DNA of 64,000 bases. Source: Schmidtea polychroa. Taxonomy: Eukaryota. The stretch's first letter is position 1; every line of letters begins with the position of its first letter. Location of the stretch: contig CM097885.1 in NCBI GenBank assembly GCA_044892525.1, positions 49,230,001-49,294,000 of the forward strand. Reading direction: 5' to 3'. The position numbers and the translations under genes are program-made. The notes beneath the pieces were generated by a model. It did not search any database. It saw nothing but the letters and a program-made list of their open reading frames with translations, and had not been told where the DNA came from. Below, piece after piece: positions 38,958 through 52,067 of the stretch.

Positions 38958-40050
38958 GGTTGCCAGGTATCCGGTTTTGAACCGGACAGTCCGTTAACTC
39001 AACTATTTTTCCGGTTGGAAAATTTTAGAAGGACCAGCCGTACATTTGTCCGGTACTTCTACTAACGCTTTGAAAATTTTGAAATTCAAATTTTTTATAC
39101 CGCAGTATGCTATGGAAAATTTATTATTGTTAATTATTTAATATTATATAATATAATTATTAATATAATTATTTAATATTGGTAAAATTTCGAGAATCGT
39201 TTAAAAATAACATGGATACCGAATTTTTTGGCGTGAAAATAAAATTTGCCATGATGAAAAATTATTTAGATGCATGTCAGGTAAATAAATTTAAAAAAGA
39301 AACTTTAAATATATATGCTAGTCTTAGCCCGTGTTCCGTGATTACGCTTCGAGTGTTCCGCGAAAAAAATGATATTTTATCTTTAAATATGCATTTAAGA
39401 TAGATATCATCAAAAACCTCAATTAATTTTTTATAAGATGATTCAATAAGAAAGCCGTTACACAGATATATAAGCATACAAATATAAGTGTTTTTATTGC
39501 TTATTATTGTTGTGCGTGGTATTTTCTTTGCTTATAAGAAGGCATTGTTTACGTTTGATTAATAGTAATTTGTGATTGGTCAATCACTGTGGGCAAGTAT
39601 TTTTCGTCAATGTTCCGCGCTTTTATATTAATTGAGAACTACTGTGCTAGAGCATTGAACTATTTGGAAGAAATGAGTTGATTTCCAGAATTCTTCTTGT
39701 ATGTACTTTCAAGCTATGAGCCTTACAGACAGTAAAAAATCTAAGTCTCACTGAGATTTTGGATGTTGTCGCCATTGGAGGATGAAGTTCCACCAAATTG
39801 TTTACACACCGAAATATGTGCATTGAATTCGGTAATGAAGACACTTGAAGGAACATCTTCTCTTGAAAAGTGGAACTATTTCTTTCAAAGAGTCGGAACC
39901 AAATTTATTGAAAATAGCTAAGTTCGTCCTTTCGATTCCAGTTTCGAATGTTGAAAGAATTTTTAGTATGATGGGCAATCTATAGACTAACGAACGTAAT
40001 CGGATGTCATTGAATTTAGTAAAAAGCGAACTTTGTATCTTCTTTAATAT
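38958..40050 (+). mobile_element. Deleted hAT element with C-terminal dimerisation-domain remnant
   Basis: GGTTGCCAGGTATCCGGTTTTGAACCGGACAGTCCG terminus. 39883-40040 reads PNLLKIAKFVLSIPVSNVERIFSMMGNL*TNERNRMSLNLVKSELC. Confidence 0.7.
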
Positions 40051-41902
40051 TTAACATGTATTTAATAGAACCTCACCACCAATGAATGATTGCATAAAAT
40101 TATAGAATAATCATAGAAAATTACGGAGCAATTATACAGTAATTCAAAATCAATCAATAACGAAAAAGTCATTGCACATATCTGTCGTTCACAAACGACA
40201 CAAAACAAAAATGTATCATTAAAGCTATTATTAAAACCAGTATCAAATAATTTAAGTTTAAAACCAAAATTTCATCGTTTAGATCATTCAATAATCTAAA
40301 ATTTATAACAAATATTAATTTTTTTATTTTTGGGGGGAAATGACACAATCAAGATCAATAACACTCTGGAATTAATGAAAACAAAATGAGATATATTTGA
40401 AAGGTCTAAATATTTATGTCTTTTTAACTTTTTTATTCTTCAATGAAGGTTTCACCTTCGATTTAACCATTTTATAACATCTTTCGTCTATCTTAATTCG
40501 AAATAAAATAATTTAAAAATCAATTAAAAACCTCATTTGTTTTAGGTTTCTCGAATTTCACAAACATACTATAAATTCCTAAAATAGTAATAATAACAAG
40601 CGTAATACTGCTCAAACATATTGCTGGATTAATAATTGATTCAAGAAAGAAATTATTAACAGGTTTAATTAAATCACCATAATCAATCATTATTAAAACA
40701 ACACTATTTTATCAAATAATTTGAATTTTTATTATGATCAGACCAAATGTAATTAAATTTCTTTTAATAAGAATAAAAATTTCAAAATTTCAAAATTTTT
40801 ATTTAATAAATTTTATAATAGTATTTATATATGAATAAAATCTTTATGTATTGTCAGGGTTTTACATACGAACTAAAATTATTTTCAAGATTTTATTACA
40901 AGTTATAGAAATTTCATATTTAAATTACTATTGTGAGTTTTAATGGCAAAATTATTTCAACAAATTTAATTAATTTTTAATTTTAAATTTATTAAATAAT
41001 TAAATAAATATTATCAAAATTTTTAAAATTTTTTTTAATTTGATTTTTTAACAATAATTTAACAACAATTATTAATAATAGTGAGTTACGAATAGAGGAA
41101 ATTTTCATATTTACATGCGACCAATCCCGCCAAAGCTATCGATATATCTAATTCTCCTTCGTAAAAGCGCATAATCACTTTATTTGAACACTGAACACTT
41201 GTTGCAAGCAATGTTGGTACTGCAATTTAGCGGGTAGTTGTCAGCAAAAGTTGAGCTCTAACATAAAACCTGACACGCTTCTGGGTTCATGGGGTTGCCG
41301 TAGAAGATATAGTGTCTTATTTTCCTCGTGTCCCCTCATTATCTTACTATTTCTTCTTAACCCATCGTCATTGGTTATTACCTTATATACTTATGGTCGG
41401 AAATTGGATTTAAATCGAATTATTAAATAATTACCAAAAAAACAGAAGTCAGCCCAAAATATTTCAAGTCACAATGAAAAACATTCGTGAGATCAAATCA
41501 TTTTGGTCTAAGGTATTTCAAACAAATTATAGGCCAAATTTCAGATGTTGGGCATGCCACGCAGAATGGTAACTGAGTTTTAAAAGGTTTGAAATATGAG
41601 ATTGTGACATTGGTGGCTTTTGACGAAACAACTACAAACATGTTGATGAAATATATCGAAATTACTCATATTATGCATTCATTTGTTTAAATTCGCGTTC
41701 GATCTGTTATGTAATCACATTTATTATAAATTTAAAAAATTTTGAAAACCTCATACTTTCTTTGGCTTTAAGATGTTGTAACATTTACCAGATTCATGTT
41801 TCACTCACTTACCTTGTTACTATGTCCTGATTTAAATTAAATTAATTCTAAATGAAACACTTATCAAAATAAAATATTTATTGATATTAATATGCAAGCA
41901 GT

Positions 41903-44540
41903 TGTTGGGCCAAGAGGAAAATACGTCATTAATACATAATTGCGAATTTCTTTATCTGTAGTTAAATATAGGGCTTTCATACTTTGTGTGTAGGAAGAAT
42001 GCCATTGAGAAATCAATCGGATTATAGAAATTAAAAATAATAATTAATCAAATGACGAAAAATGAAAAATAAATAGATAGACAAATAAAAATAAAAACTA
42101 GCAATTAAAAACCATAAGTCAAAAGAAATAAGTAAAATTAATAATCAAAAAAAAACAAAAGGAGACACAAAAATAGAGCATCCATCAGGATCAAAATAAG
42201 ATAGTTTAGAAAAAATAAAACAAAACAAAGCGAGAAAGCATTCAAAATTAGAAAAGAATAATAGACAAACTAAATAAAATAGCAAAAGAAATAAAATACA
42301 CTATCACTTAATCCTGATTGGATAATAGCGTAATGAAAATAATATAAATTCCCTTTACCTTAGATTGATTTCTCAATGTTATTTTCAACCTACAGGTAGT
42401 CAGTTTTATTAGCACTCTATCTTACGGAATCCAACTTGATAAATTTTCCTACGAACAGAACATTTTTCTAGCAATTGAAATTTGATTTGACCGATCATGT
42501 AAATTTATTTATTTGATTTATTTTTTATGCCTATGTTAATTAACCTTAGAATGCTGTATTAAATGATTATAATTAAATCTTAATTTTAAACTTAGTTTTC
42601 CTTTCCTCTCAATTATTTTATAATTTCATGATAAAATAAAACTCACAAATAGACAATTTATTCAATCATTTATAATAAATTTTGCATTGTTTTTGCATGA
42701 ATTTGCCCTCCAGTTTGGGATACGTCTGTAAAGTATTGGTCGAAGAGATAGTAAGCAATCGGTTGACCAGCTCGGAACATTGATTTTTATGAAATTTTGG
42801 TGTGATAGTTCTATTATGACAGTTGCGATACAAAAAGAAACGTTGACCAGTTGAAATCGGTAAAAGCAGTTGAATATGCTGGGTAAAGGTCCTTCACAGT
42901 GAATGAGAATGTCCATTAGATGGTTAGAAAAATGACGAAAATTATCGTTACATACAATCCTATTAGCATACTAGAGGCGGTCGACACAAAATTGCTAGAT
43001 AGAGAGACAGTTTCATCGTTGTAGAATTCATATATAAAATTGTTATAGAGTCGATAACCGATTTACGAGACAAAGAGCATATTGTCCGTTCACTCCAGCA
43101 GAAACGAAATTCCTCCGACTAGGTGCAAGAAGGATCACAGTTGATGAAATTTCGCCGAGATCAATTCAGTTACTAGTGATGTTCTAGGAAGCAAGGTTCT
43201 TCATAGCCAATTCAATCGGCACACTTTCCATGAAGAAATACCATAGTCGTGTCCGAGTGTTAGACACCTTTGCACTCAATCGTCTGCCTATATTAGATAC
43301 ATTAGACTAATCGATCTCTGATTGTAGACAGGCAAATGAAAAATACATGCATTTTCCACCATTAGATTCGTGACACACCTGCGAGAGTCAATTCTTTTAT
43401 TATCCTAATTTCACGGTATAAGCAATACTCGATCAAATTTCGACACTTTTGTAACGCGTCACACGAACCGTCACATTTCACGATTTCAAATAAGTTCAAT
43501 GTCATGTCAAGTTAAGCAGTTTCGATCACAAATCTTCGGTTGATCATCAAAATCCACATCCGGTCGGTTGAATTTACATCCATCACGTCTAACGATAGTA
43601 ATCATGAATCAGCTACATTATACATGACATCACGAGTCACGAGATGACCATCTAACCGAGAAATTCGAACAGCAAAAATATTATACGTAAACTATGATGG
43701 GTATTTACACTAAATGTATTCAAGTGAGAATTAAACCGAAGAGAGAAATAGGATAATCTCGGGTAATGGAACAAATAATAATCTCGTGTAGAGGAACAAA
43801 TGATAACCCAGTGTGAATAAACAAACGATAACCGTGTATAATAAACAATTGATAATATTGTGTTAGTAAATAAATCTAATAACTATAAAATTTGAAATAA
43901 TGAACACCTTGCTAATTTTAAAATGAAATCATAATCATTCTTAAAAAATTACGAGAATAAACGCTGATAAGGAACAATAAATAATTCCATCCTGCCTTGA
44001 ATTCAAAATCTACGGGGCGACAAAAGTTTTCTTCTATATTTAATTTTGTTATTTATTCAATTTGGTTTAAATTCTAACTCTTCCATCTACCATAATGTAA
44101 AACAAACAAAATTTTCTTACTCAATAGAAAGACCCAAATAGTAAATTGTCATTGTTGTAGTGTAGTGAGGTTAATTTTCTACCCAACTTTGGAAGATTGA
44201 ATCAATGTATGAGAGGTCGTAGAGCGCACCTTTGATTGATGTATTTTCTCAGTGAAAGTGGTCATGAGGTTATCTGTAAGCTAAATCATCTTTTTTTAGA
44301 AAATTTCTGGATCAAGCATATCCAAGTCTAATCTTAAGCCGTGCTTCTCTTGTGCCGAAAAAAACGTCACGATCATCAAGGACAGGCAGAGATAAGATCA
44401 CTGAAGAAGCGGATAGATTTCTTAAAGGGTACTTGGTTTACCCCCGCTCAGATGAAAAAGGTCAATAAAAAACTTCTGAGACTCGAACACTGCAGTGACA
44501 GTATTTAAGCGGATAATCGAAACTTGCGTATCACCATCGA
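41903..44540 (+). mobile_element. Truncated LTR of the same broad family, with decayed LTR-ORF homolog
   Basis: TGTTGGGC start, A-rich U3, CTGATTGG plus TATA. 44320-44505 reads SKSNLKPCFSCAEKN...GTWFTPAQMKKVNKKLLRLEHCSD, homologous to the ORF at 30721. Confidence 0.6.
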
Positions 44541-44544
44541 GCCA

Positions 44545-44680
44545 CTCATCAAGGTCAAAAAATTTTTCAAGGTGATTGGAGTCATCCTATGACTCATCAA
44601 GGTCATTTTCAAGGTCGCATGACTCATCCAAGGTCATTCCCAAAGTCATATGAGTCATCGCGATGACTCATCAAGGTCAT
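44545..44680. repeat. Cluster of TCAAGGTCA and TGACTCA/TGAGTCA motifs, continuing as TTTTCAAGGTCATATTATTA repeats at 45420-45515
   Basis: Visible motif repeats. The same TCAAGGTCA occurs in the Polinton-like termini at ~45633 and ~55609. Confidence 0.7.
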
Positions 44681-45990
44681 ATTATTATTTTTAAAAAATA
44701 TTAATATTTTATTATTTTTTTCAAAGTTCTCGCCAACGAAAATTATTCATCGATAGCTCATTTTAAAGCTCAATCCAAGACCTTTCAAATGAGCCATATA
44801 TCTTGTTATTACGATTATTATTTCTAAAGATATTATTATTATTATTATTAGTATTAGTATTAATCTATATACTCCGAGTCTATCCGACAAAATATTTTGT
44901 CCCCCTATGGGTAATGCTCACAAGTGTACTGCTCACGCTCAACAACTGCAAGGGTATTATTAAACAAATCAACAAAACATACATTTATTTAAACAATAAA
45001 ATAATGTAAAATTAACAAAGGTAAACTAAATATTGATGTACTAGTATTTGCAGCAATATTGTTTGAAATTGGTAACGTTGAATTGATTTTCAGATATTCT
45101 ATTGATCCTTTGATTGTTTGAATTTCTCTTAATAATAATTCGATCTTTTTTAACAAATAATCATGCTTCTTATCAATAATTTTCATATTCTTTTTATTTT
45201 CAACAATAGAGTTATTGAAAACTTCAATATGATCAATCAATTTAATTTTTATATTTTGTATATATGCAAATGATAGTTCATAACTGTTTTCTAAATTCTC
45301 CAATCTTTGAGATATTCTTTTTCCTGGATGCTTTGACCATTATGGTTTGTCGAGAATATATAAAATATCCATCAACTTGGCTGTATTCGGACAAACAATT
45401 ATTTTTCAAAATATTATTATTTTCAAGGTCATATTATTATTTTTCAAAAAATTATTATTTTCAAGGTCATATTATTATTTTTCAAAATATTATTATTTTC
45501 AAGGTCATATTATTATTATTTTTGTTTTAATTATCGATTACTTAATAATTTCATTTTGTTTAAATCGTTAATTATATAATAATATTTTTTGTTTTAATTA
45601 TAGTAGTGAATAGTAAGGACTGCAGGACACTTTCAAGGTCATCACAATGTCCAGATCAAATATAGGTCAATCGAATCATTTTTTTTTTAAATTAACATTT
45701 TATTTAATTACTTCTTTTTAATTTTTTTTTTAATTTTAATTTTATTAATTAATTATTTTATTATGTTTTATTTTAATTTATTACATTCAATTAATTTATT
45801 AGTTTATTAATATTTTATTTTAATTACTTACGCTATTTAATTATTATTATTATTTTATTTATTTATTTTTTTAATTAATTAATTTATTTTTTAATTTTAT
45901 TTAATTACTTCTATTTATTTATTTTTTTTTCTTTTTAATTTTCTTAATTAATTATTTTATTATGCTTTTATTTTAGTATTATTTTATTAT

Positions 45991-46024
<34 letters not shown>

Positions 46025-46134
46025 TTTTTATTTATTTTTTTTTTAAATTTTACATTTACATTATATTCTAACAAGAGGTAAATTATAACGATAATATTTC
46101 AATTTGAATAAAATTTTAATTAGTAATTATTCAA

Positions 46135-48028
46135 TTAGTAATTATTCAATTTACCATTAACTACATAGTTTTTCTTAGGCTCATGAGTTAACAACAGCTT
46201 TTCAACTTTACTACCAGGCGGATAACAAAGCTCAGGAGCTATAGGTAAATCATCTAGTTTATCTTGTATACTATCAGGAATGACGATGTCAACCTCTAGA
46301 ACATATCCACGATCTCCATCAAACTTATCCCCATTTGCACATCTTTCAACAATACCATTCATTTCAGTCTGATCATTTATCCATCTAAATTCACCAACAG
46401 GAAGTTTTTGCGACAGCGCCCATCCATATAAATTATTAACATCTAGGTATGACATTTGTGTTGATTCATCAGCTTCAACATGATGTTTGTTGATAAATGT
46501 CATTCCACCACGAATACCAGCTTCAAATAAACGGTAAAGCTCTGGATCTTGAATAAGTTCTACTGGTTCAGGTAACTGTTTAATAGCTGATGCCCAACTT
46601 AATCCGGGTATGGAAACAAACGATAGAGCCTCAAGTCCATCTTCGTCAAATGTTTTTTCTCTGAAAGCTTCAAAAACATCGGCCAACAGAAAAACATCCA
46701 ACTTGAGATATACTAGCATGTAATCTAGCAGTGTCTCACAGTTGTATTGTCGCCAGATTCGATTTGCATGTATATAATCTTCTTGACTTACTCCCTCCCA
46801 AATCGGTGGTAATTCTGTTATTGACTGTAAAACATCCATTGATGTAGCCATATCATAAGGAAATATGCCTTTACCAGTTATTAAATGCGAATTGAAAATC
46901 TTTGAAGTAAGTGGAAGACGTGGCAAGTTTTTTGATAAATTTGCCAAGCTGCTATTTAAAAATTGTAAAGAATCAATGAATCTAATTCTTCTGCCTTTCG
47001 ATGTCGCTGTAAGTGTGAGAAACTTTTCTGCTGATTGAGGAATAACAATTAAATTCCAATCGGGGAATTTTCCAATTGCATATTTTAATATATGATGAAT
47101 GTCATATCCACGAAGATTATGAAATACAACAGGTAAAGAAGGATTGATTCTTCTAGCCAAATTACAATCTTGACACGCTGCTCCGAGATATTGACCGGTA
47201 AAATGATCATGATCCCGAACAGGTATATTGATAATCTTTTTACAAAGGTAGCAATGAGTTTGATTCGTAAATTCTTCCTGCTGTTCCCAAGTGAGTTCCA
47301 TCATTTCCTTCGATCCATTAATTTTATACCACGGATAAACTATGTCTGTAGCTATATCATCCAATGCTTGTATAAACTGAATGATACAGTTTTTCCCAAC
47401 AAATGTTTCATTTCGAATCGGACAACCTTGATGAAGAAGCACAAATTCAGATGCAATCGGCTCATGTTTTTGGAAGTGCTTGTCATCTAGAGGTAATATT
47501 GATTCAAAGTCCGCGTAGACAACAAACTGCTGTTTTATAGTTTTACTCCAGTCTTTAAATTCGATATATTTATTCTCTGGCATTGAGTATAGAGTCGTCC
47601 GCTCCACATTCTTCCTACAAAGACCTATATGTCTTTCAAAAGCAGGACGTTTTTGAAACCCATGAAGACATGTATGACACCAATGTGATTGGATTCTGAC
47701 TCCTTCTACTCTATCTCTGTAATTCAGCAGTCGATCGAGATTAGTTACAGCCAAAAAATGATAATTTAATTCTAAAATTTAGTTAATATTTTTAATGATT
47801 AAAAGAAATATTACCTTCTTCAATCAATAAGAGATATAATTGAGATCCCGTCGAAGTACTTCTATATACCAAGTCAACGAACGGATTCTTGAAAATATCA
47901 TTAGTTTTTTGTTTAATTGGATCTTTATTATATTTGAGAACATTGATCGCTAGATTTGGATTCATTGCTTCAAATTGGCAAATGTTAACCAACTTCATTG
48001 GAAACCAATCTGATTTCCATTTTAACTC

Positions 48029-48062
<34 letters not shown>

Positions 48063-49161
48063 GAATGATATAAATATATATTACCACTTAAATTATATTT
48101 CATTATTCTTTCTCTGTGATGTTTTATGTCATCATAATGTAATACGGCCAGTATGCTATATAAAAAGCAGAATTGATCATTATTTTGAACATTAACTAAA
48201 GCCTGACAGTTTTTCAGGTAATTTGGCGTTTTAATGTAACTTGAACCTAAGTAAATATCTTGATTTATATATATATAATAATGTAAATAAACTTACCAGA
48301 TACATGTATTATGTCTGATAATTTAGTTAAAATCATAGTAACTTCTAATATTTTATGAATTCTCCACCCACTACTTTGTTGAGTGTATTTCTCCAACTTT
48401 TCTTTTAATTTTTCAATTCCATCATTAATAAATGAAGATGACATTGTAATTGCTTTATTCGACAAACACCATTTTTTAATTTCACCATCCTCTTTGATAA
48501 ACTCTGCACAAAGTCCAAATTGGATTTTTACTGTCCCCATTCGTTGAATATGATCTTCTATTTCTTTGATGAGACAATCTGGAACAACAATGTCAGGAGA
48601 ATTAATTGCAGATACATCGCTTGTCAATTCAACACGAGAACCATTTAAGTCAGACTCCCGACGTGGACACAATTGTATGTTAGAGTCTCCATTTCCGTAA
48701 AATATTGACTTTCGTTTTGTGGTGCCAGAGTTTTGTCTAACTATATTTATAATTAATATTAAACAACTTAAATAACATAACTTGTAACATATTCTTTAAT
48801 CTGCTTAGGATCGTATGATGTGTTCATTTTCGATTGTACTATAAAAAAAATTAATAATTGTTAATAGTAGAAAGAGTATTACTTTTAGTGATCATCCTGC
48901 TCTTCGTTTCTTCGAATCTTCTAAGATGGTGTCCGTGTTGTCGTACAAACATTAACCACCTACCTGGTGATATAATGAGACATTCCGGACATATGTAACC
49001 CGATAAGGTAGAGTCATTTATCTTGAAATATGATGATGTAACTGATTTACAGTTCTCCACATCTTCATGACTTTCGGCAATACAAAATTTATATAAACTG
49101 CATCCGTTCACTAAAAGAAAATAATCAATAATATTAGATAGAGAATAAAAAATTATTCACT
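46135..49161 (-). CDS. Intron-containing, C-terminally truncated pPolB-derived gene (left arm copy)
   Basis: Exons 49161 (A), 49110-48883, 48838-48782, 48740-48297, 48246-48085, 48027-47815 and 47771-46135; mirror image of the right copy. Confidence 0.75.
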
Positions 49162-49671
49162 TATATAAGTTAAATTAAAAGTTTAAATGACAAACATTTG
49201 AAAAGTTACTGCTTATATATTACACATGATTAAATTCTGACCAATCAAAATGAAGGAAGGGGTAGGAAAAATAAATTCATTACGTTGCAGTATTTTAAAA
49301 AACATTTTGATGCTAAAGTTGACTTATTTAACATTTTTCATAATAATTTAATAAAAAATAATGTGATGAACCCACAAAGTAATATCATTTTTCATCAAAA
49401 CAGTAATAACGTTTTCATAAAATTGTAACAAAGTAATAACATATTTCAGATAAATTTTCAACAGTTGTAAAATATTTAAGCAAATTGTAACAAGATTAGA
49501 AAATATTACAACAAAGTAGTAACATATTTCAGAGAATTTCAACAAAGTTGTAAAATATTTATCAAATTGTAACTAAAATAATAAAAAAAAAACAGTAGAG
49601 TAATATATTTTTTAAAATACCGCAACGTAATATATTAAAAAAAAATTTTTTTTTTAAAATTAAAAAAAAAG

Positions 49672-49750
49672 TACCCCCCTCCCCGGGGGTATGACTCATA
49701 TGTCTTTGTGACGTCATCGATGACGTCATATGTCTTTGTTCCCGGGTCCA
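49672..49750. promoter_or_regulatory. GC-rich core of the spacer: hairpin, AP-1-like site and double CRE palindrome
   Basis: TACCCCC...GGGGGTA stem, TGACTCA, a perfect 20-bp palindrome TGACGTCATCGATGACGTCA (49709-49728), and duplicated CATATGTCTTTGT. Confidence 0.55.
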
Positions 49751-50744
49751 CACAATACCCTACTCTACTGTTTTTTCTCTCTCTTTTTCACCCCTTTGTC
49801 TTTTTTCTCTTTGTCCGATTGGGATTTAAGTGTAACCATGTATAGGCAGAATTTAATTCTCTACAAAATGGCTCAATTACAATTTTAGTTTGTCGCTTTG
49901 TGTGTAATACACACATGTTTTTACGATAAATTTGTATTTTTCATACAGTTAACGTAATTTTCTTAGGATTTTATTCATATAATATATAGATAAAATTTAA
50001 TTTTCTATAAAATAGCTTGATTAAAAATTATGTCTCGTATGTTGTGTGTAATACACACATGTTTTTACGATAAATTTGTATTTTTCATACAGTTAACGTA
50101 ATTTCCTTGTATATTTATTCATATATTATAGAGATAAAATTTAATTTTCTCTAAAATGGATTGATCTAGAGTTTAACATGTTGTATTATTTTATTACTTT
50201 GTTGCAATATTTTTATAATCTTATAACAATTTGCTTAAATATTTTACATCTGGTGAAATATTTCCGAAATATGTTATTACTTTGTTGTAATTTACTGAAA
50301 GACTTCACAATTTATTACAATATTCTTTTTAATTTGTTGTCCGTCTTCGAAATAATGTATTGATTTGTCCCAATTAACATCATTATTTTATTACTTTGTT
50401 GCAATATTTTTATTATTTTAGTTACAATTTGATAAATATTTTACAACTTTGTTGAAATTCTCTGAAATATGTTACTACTTTGTTGTAATATTTTCTAATC
50501 TTGTTACAATTTGCTTAAATATTTTACAACTGTTGAAAATTTATCTGAAATATGTTATTACTTTGTTACAATTTTATAAAAACGTTATTACTGTTTTGAT
50601 GAAAAATGATATTACTTTGTGGGTTCATCACATTATTTTTTATTAAATTATTATGAAAAATGTTAAATAAGTCAACTTTAGCATCAAAATGTGTTTTAAA
50701 ATACTGCAACGTAATGAATTTATTTTTCCTACCCTTTCCTTGAT

Positions 50745-50835
50745 TTTGATTGGTCAGAATATATATATTTATTTTTCCTACCCCTTCCTTCATTTTGATT
50801 GGTCAGAATTTAATCATGTGTAATATATAAGCAGT
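50745..50835 (+). promoter_or_regulatory. CCAAT boxes and TATA upstream of the spliced pPolB-like gene
   Basis: TGATTGGTCAGAAT twice (one copy in the left arm) and TATATAAG at ~50824. Confidence 0.55.
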
Positions 50836-50881
50836 AACTTTTCAAATGTTTGTCATTTAAACTTTTAATTTAACTTATATA

Positions 50882-51981
50882 AGTGAATAATTTTTTATTC
50901 TCTATCTAATATTATTGATTATTTTCTTTTAGTGAACGGATGCAGTTTATATAAATTTTGTATTGCCGAAAGTCATGAAGATGTGGAGAACTGTAAATCA
51001 GTTACATCATCATATTTCAAGATAAATGACTCTACCTTATCGGGTTACATATGTCCGGAATGTCTCATTATATCACCAGGTAGGTGGTTAATGTTTGTAC
51101 GACAACACGGACACCATCTTAGAAGATTCGAAGAAACGAAGAGCAGGATGATCACTAAAAGTAATACTCTTTCTACTATTAACAATTATTAATTTTTTTT
51201 TATAGTACAATCGAAAATGAACACATCATACGATCCTAAGCAGATTAAAGAATATGTTACAAGTTATGTTATTTAAGTTGTTTAATATTAATTATAAATA
51301 TAGTTAGACAAAACTCTGGCACCACAAAACGAAAGTCAATATTTTACGGAAATGGAGACTCTAACATACAATTGTGTCCACGTCGGGAGTCTGACTTAAA
51401 TGGTTCTCGTGTTGAATTGACAAGCGATGTATCTGCAATTAATTCTCCTGACATTGTTGTTCCAGATTGTCTCATCAAAGAAATAGAAGATCATATTCAA
51501 CGAATGGGGACAGTAAAAATCCAATTTGGACTTTGTGCAGAGTTTATCAAAGAGGATGGTGAAATTAAAAAATGGTGTTTGTCGAATAAAGCAATTACAA
51601 TGTCATCTTCATTTATTAATGATGGAATTGAAAAATTAAAAGAAAAGTTGGAGAAATACACTCAACAAAGTAGTGGGTGGAGAATTCATAAAATATTAGA
51701 AGTTACTATGATTTTAACTAAATTATCAGACATAATACATGTATCTGGTAAGTTTATTTACATTATTATATATATATAAATCAAGATATTTACTTAGGTT
51801 CAAGTTACATTAAAACGCCAAATTACCTGAAAAACTGTCAGGCTTTAGTTAATGTTCAAAATAATGATCAATTCTGCTTTTTATATAGCATACTGGCCGT
51901 ATTACATTATGATGACATAAAACATCACAGAGAAAGAATAATGAAATATAATTTAAGTGGTAATATATATTTATATCATTC

Positions 51982-52067
<86 letters not shown>

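Noticed and set aside
44989..45303. 104-aa coiled-coil-like ORF
   Set aside because: Starts at TTG with no ATG, has no recognisable domain, and lies in low-complexity AT-rich sequence.
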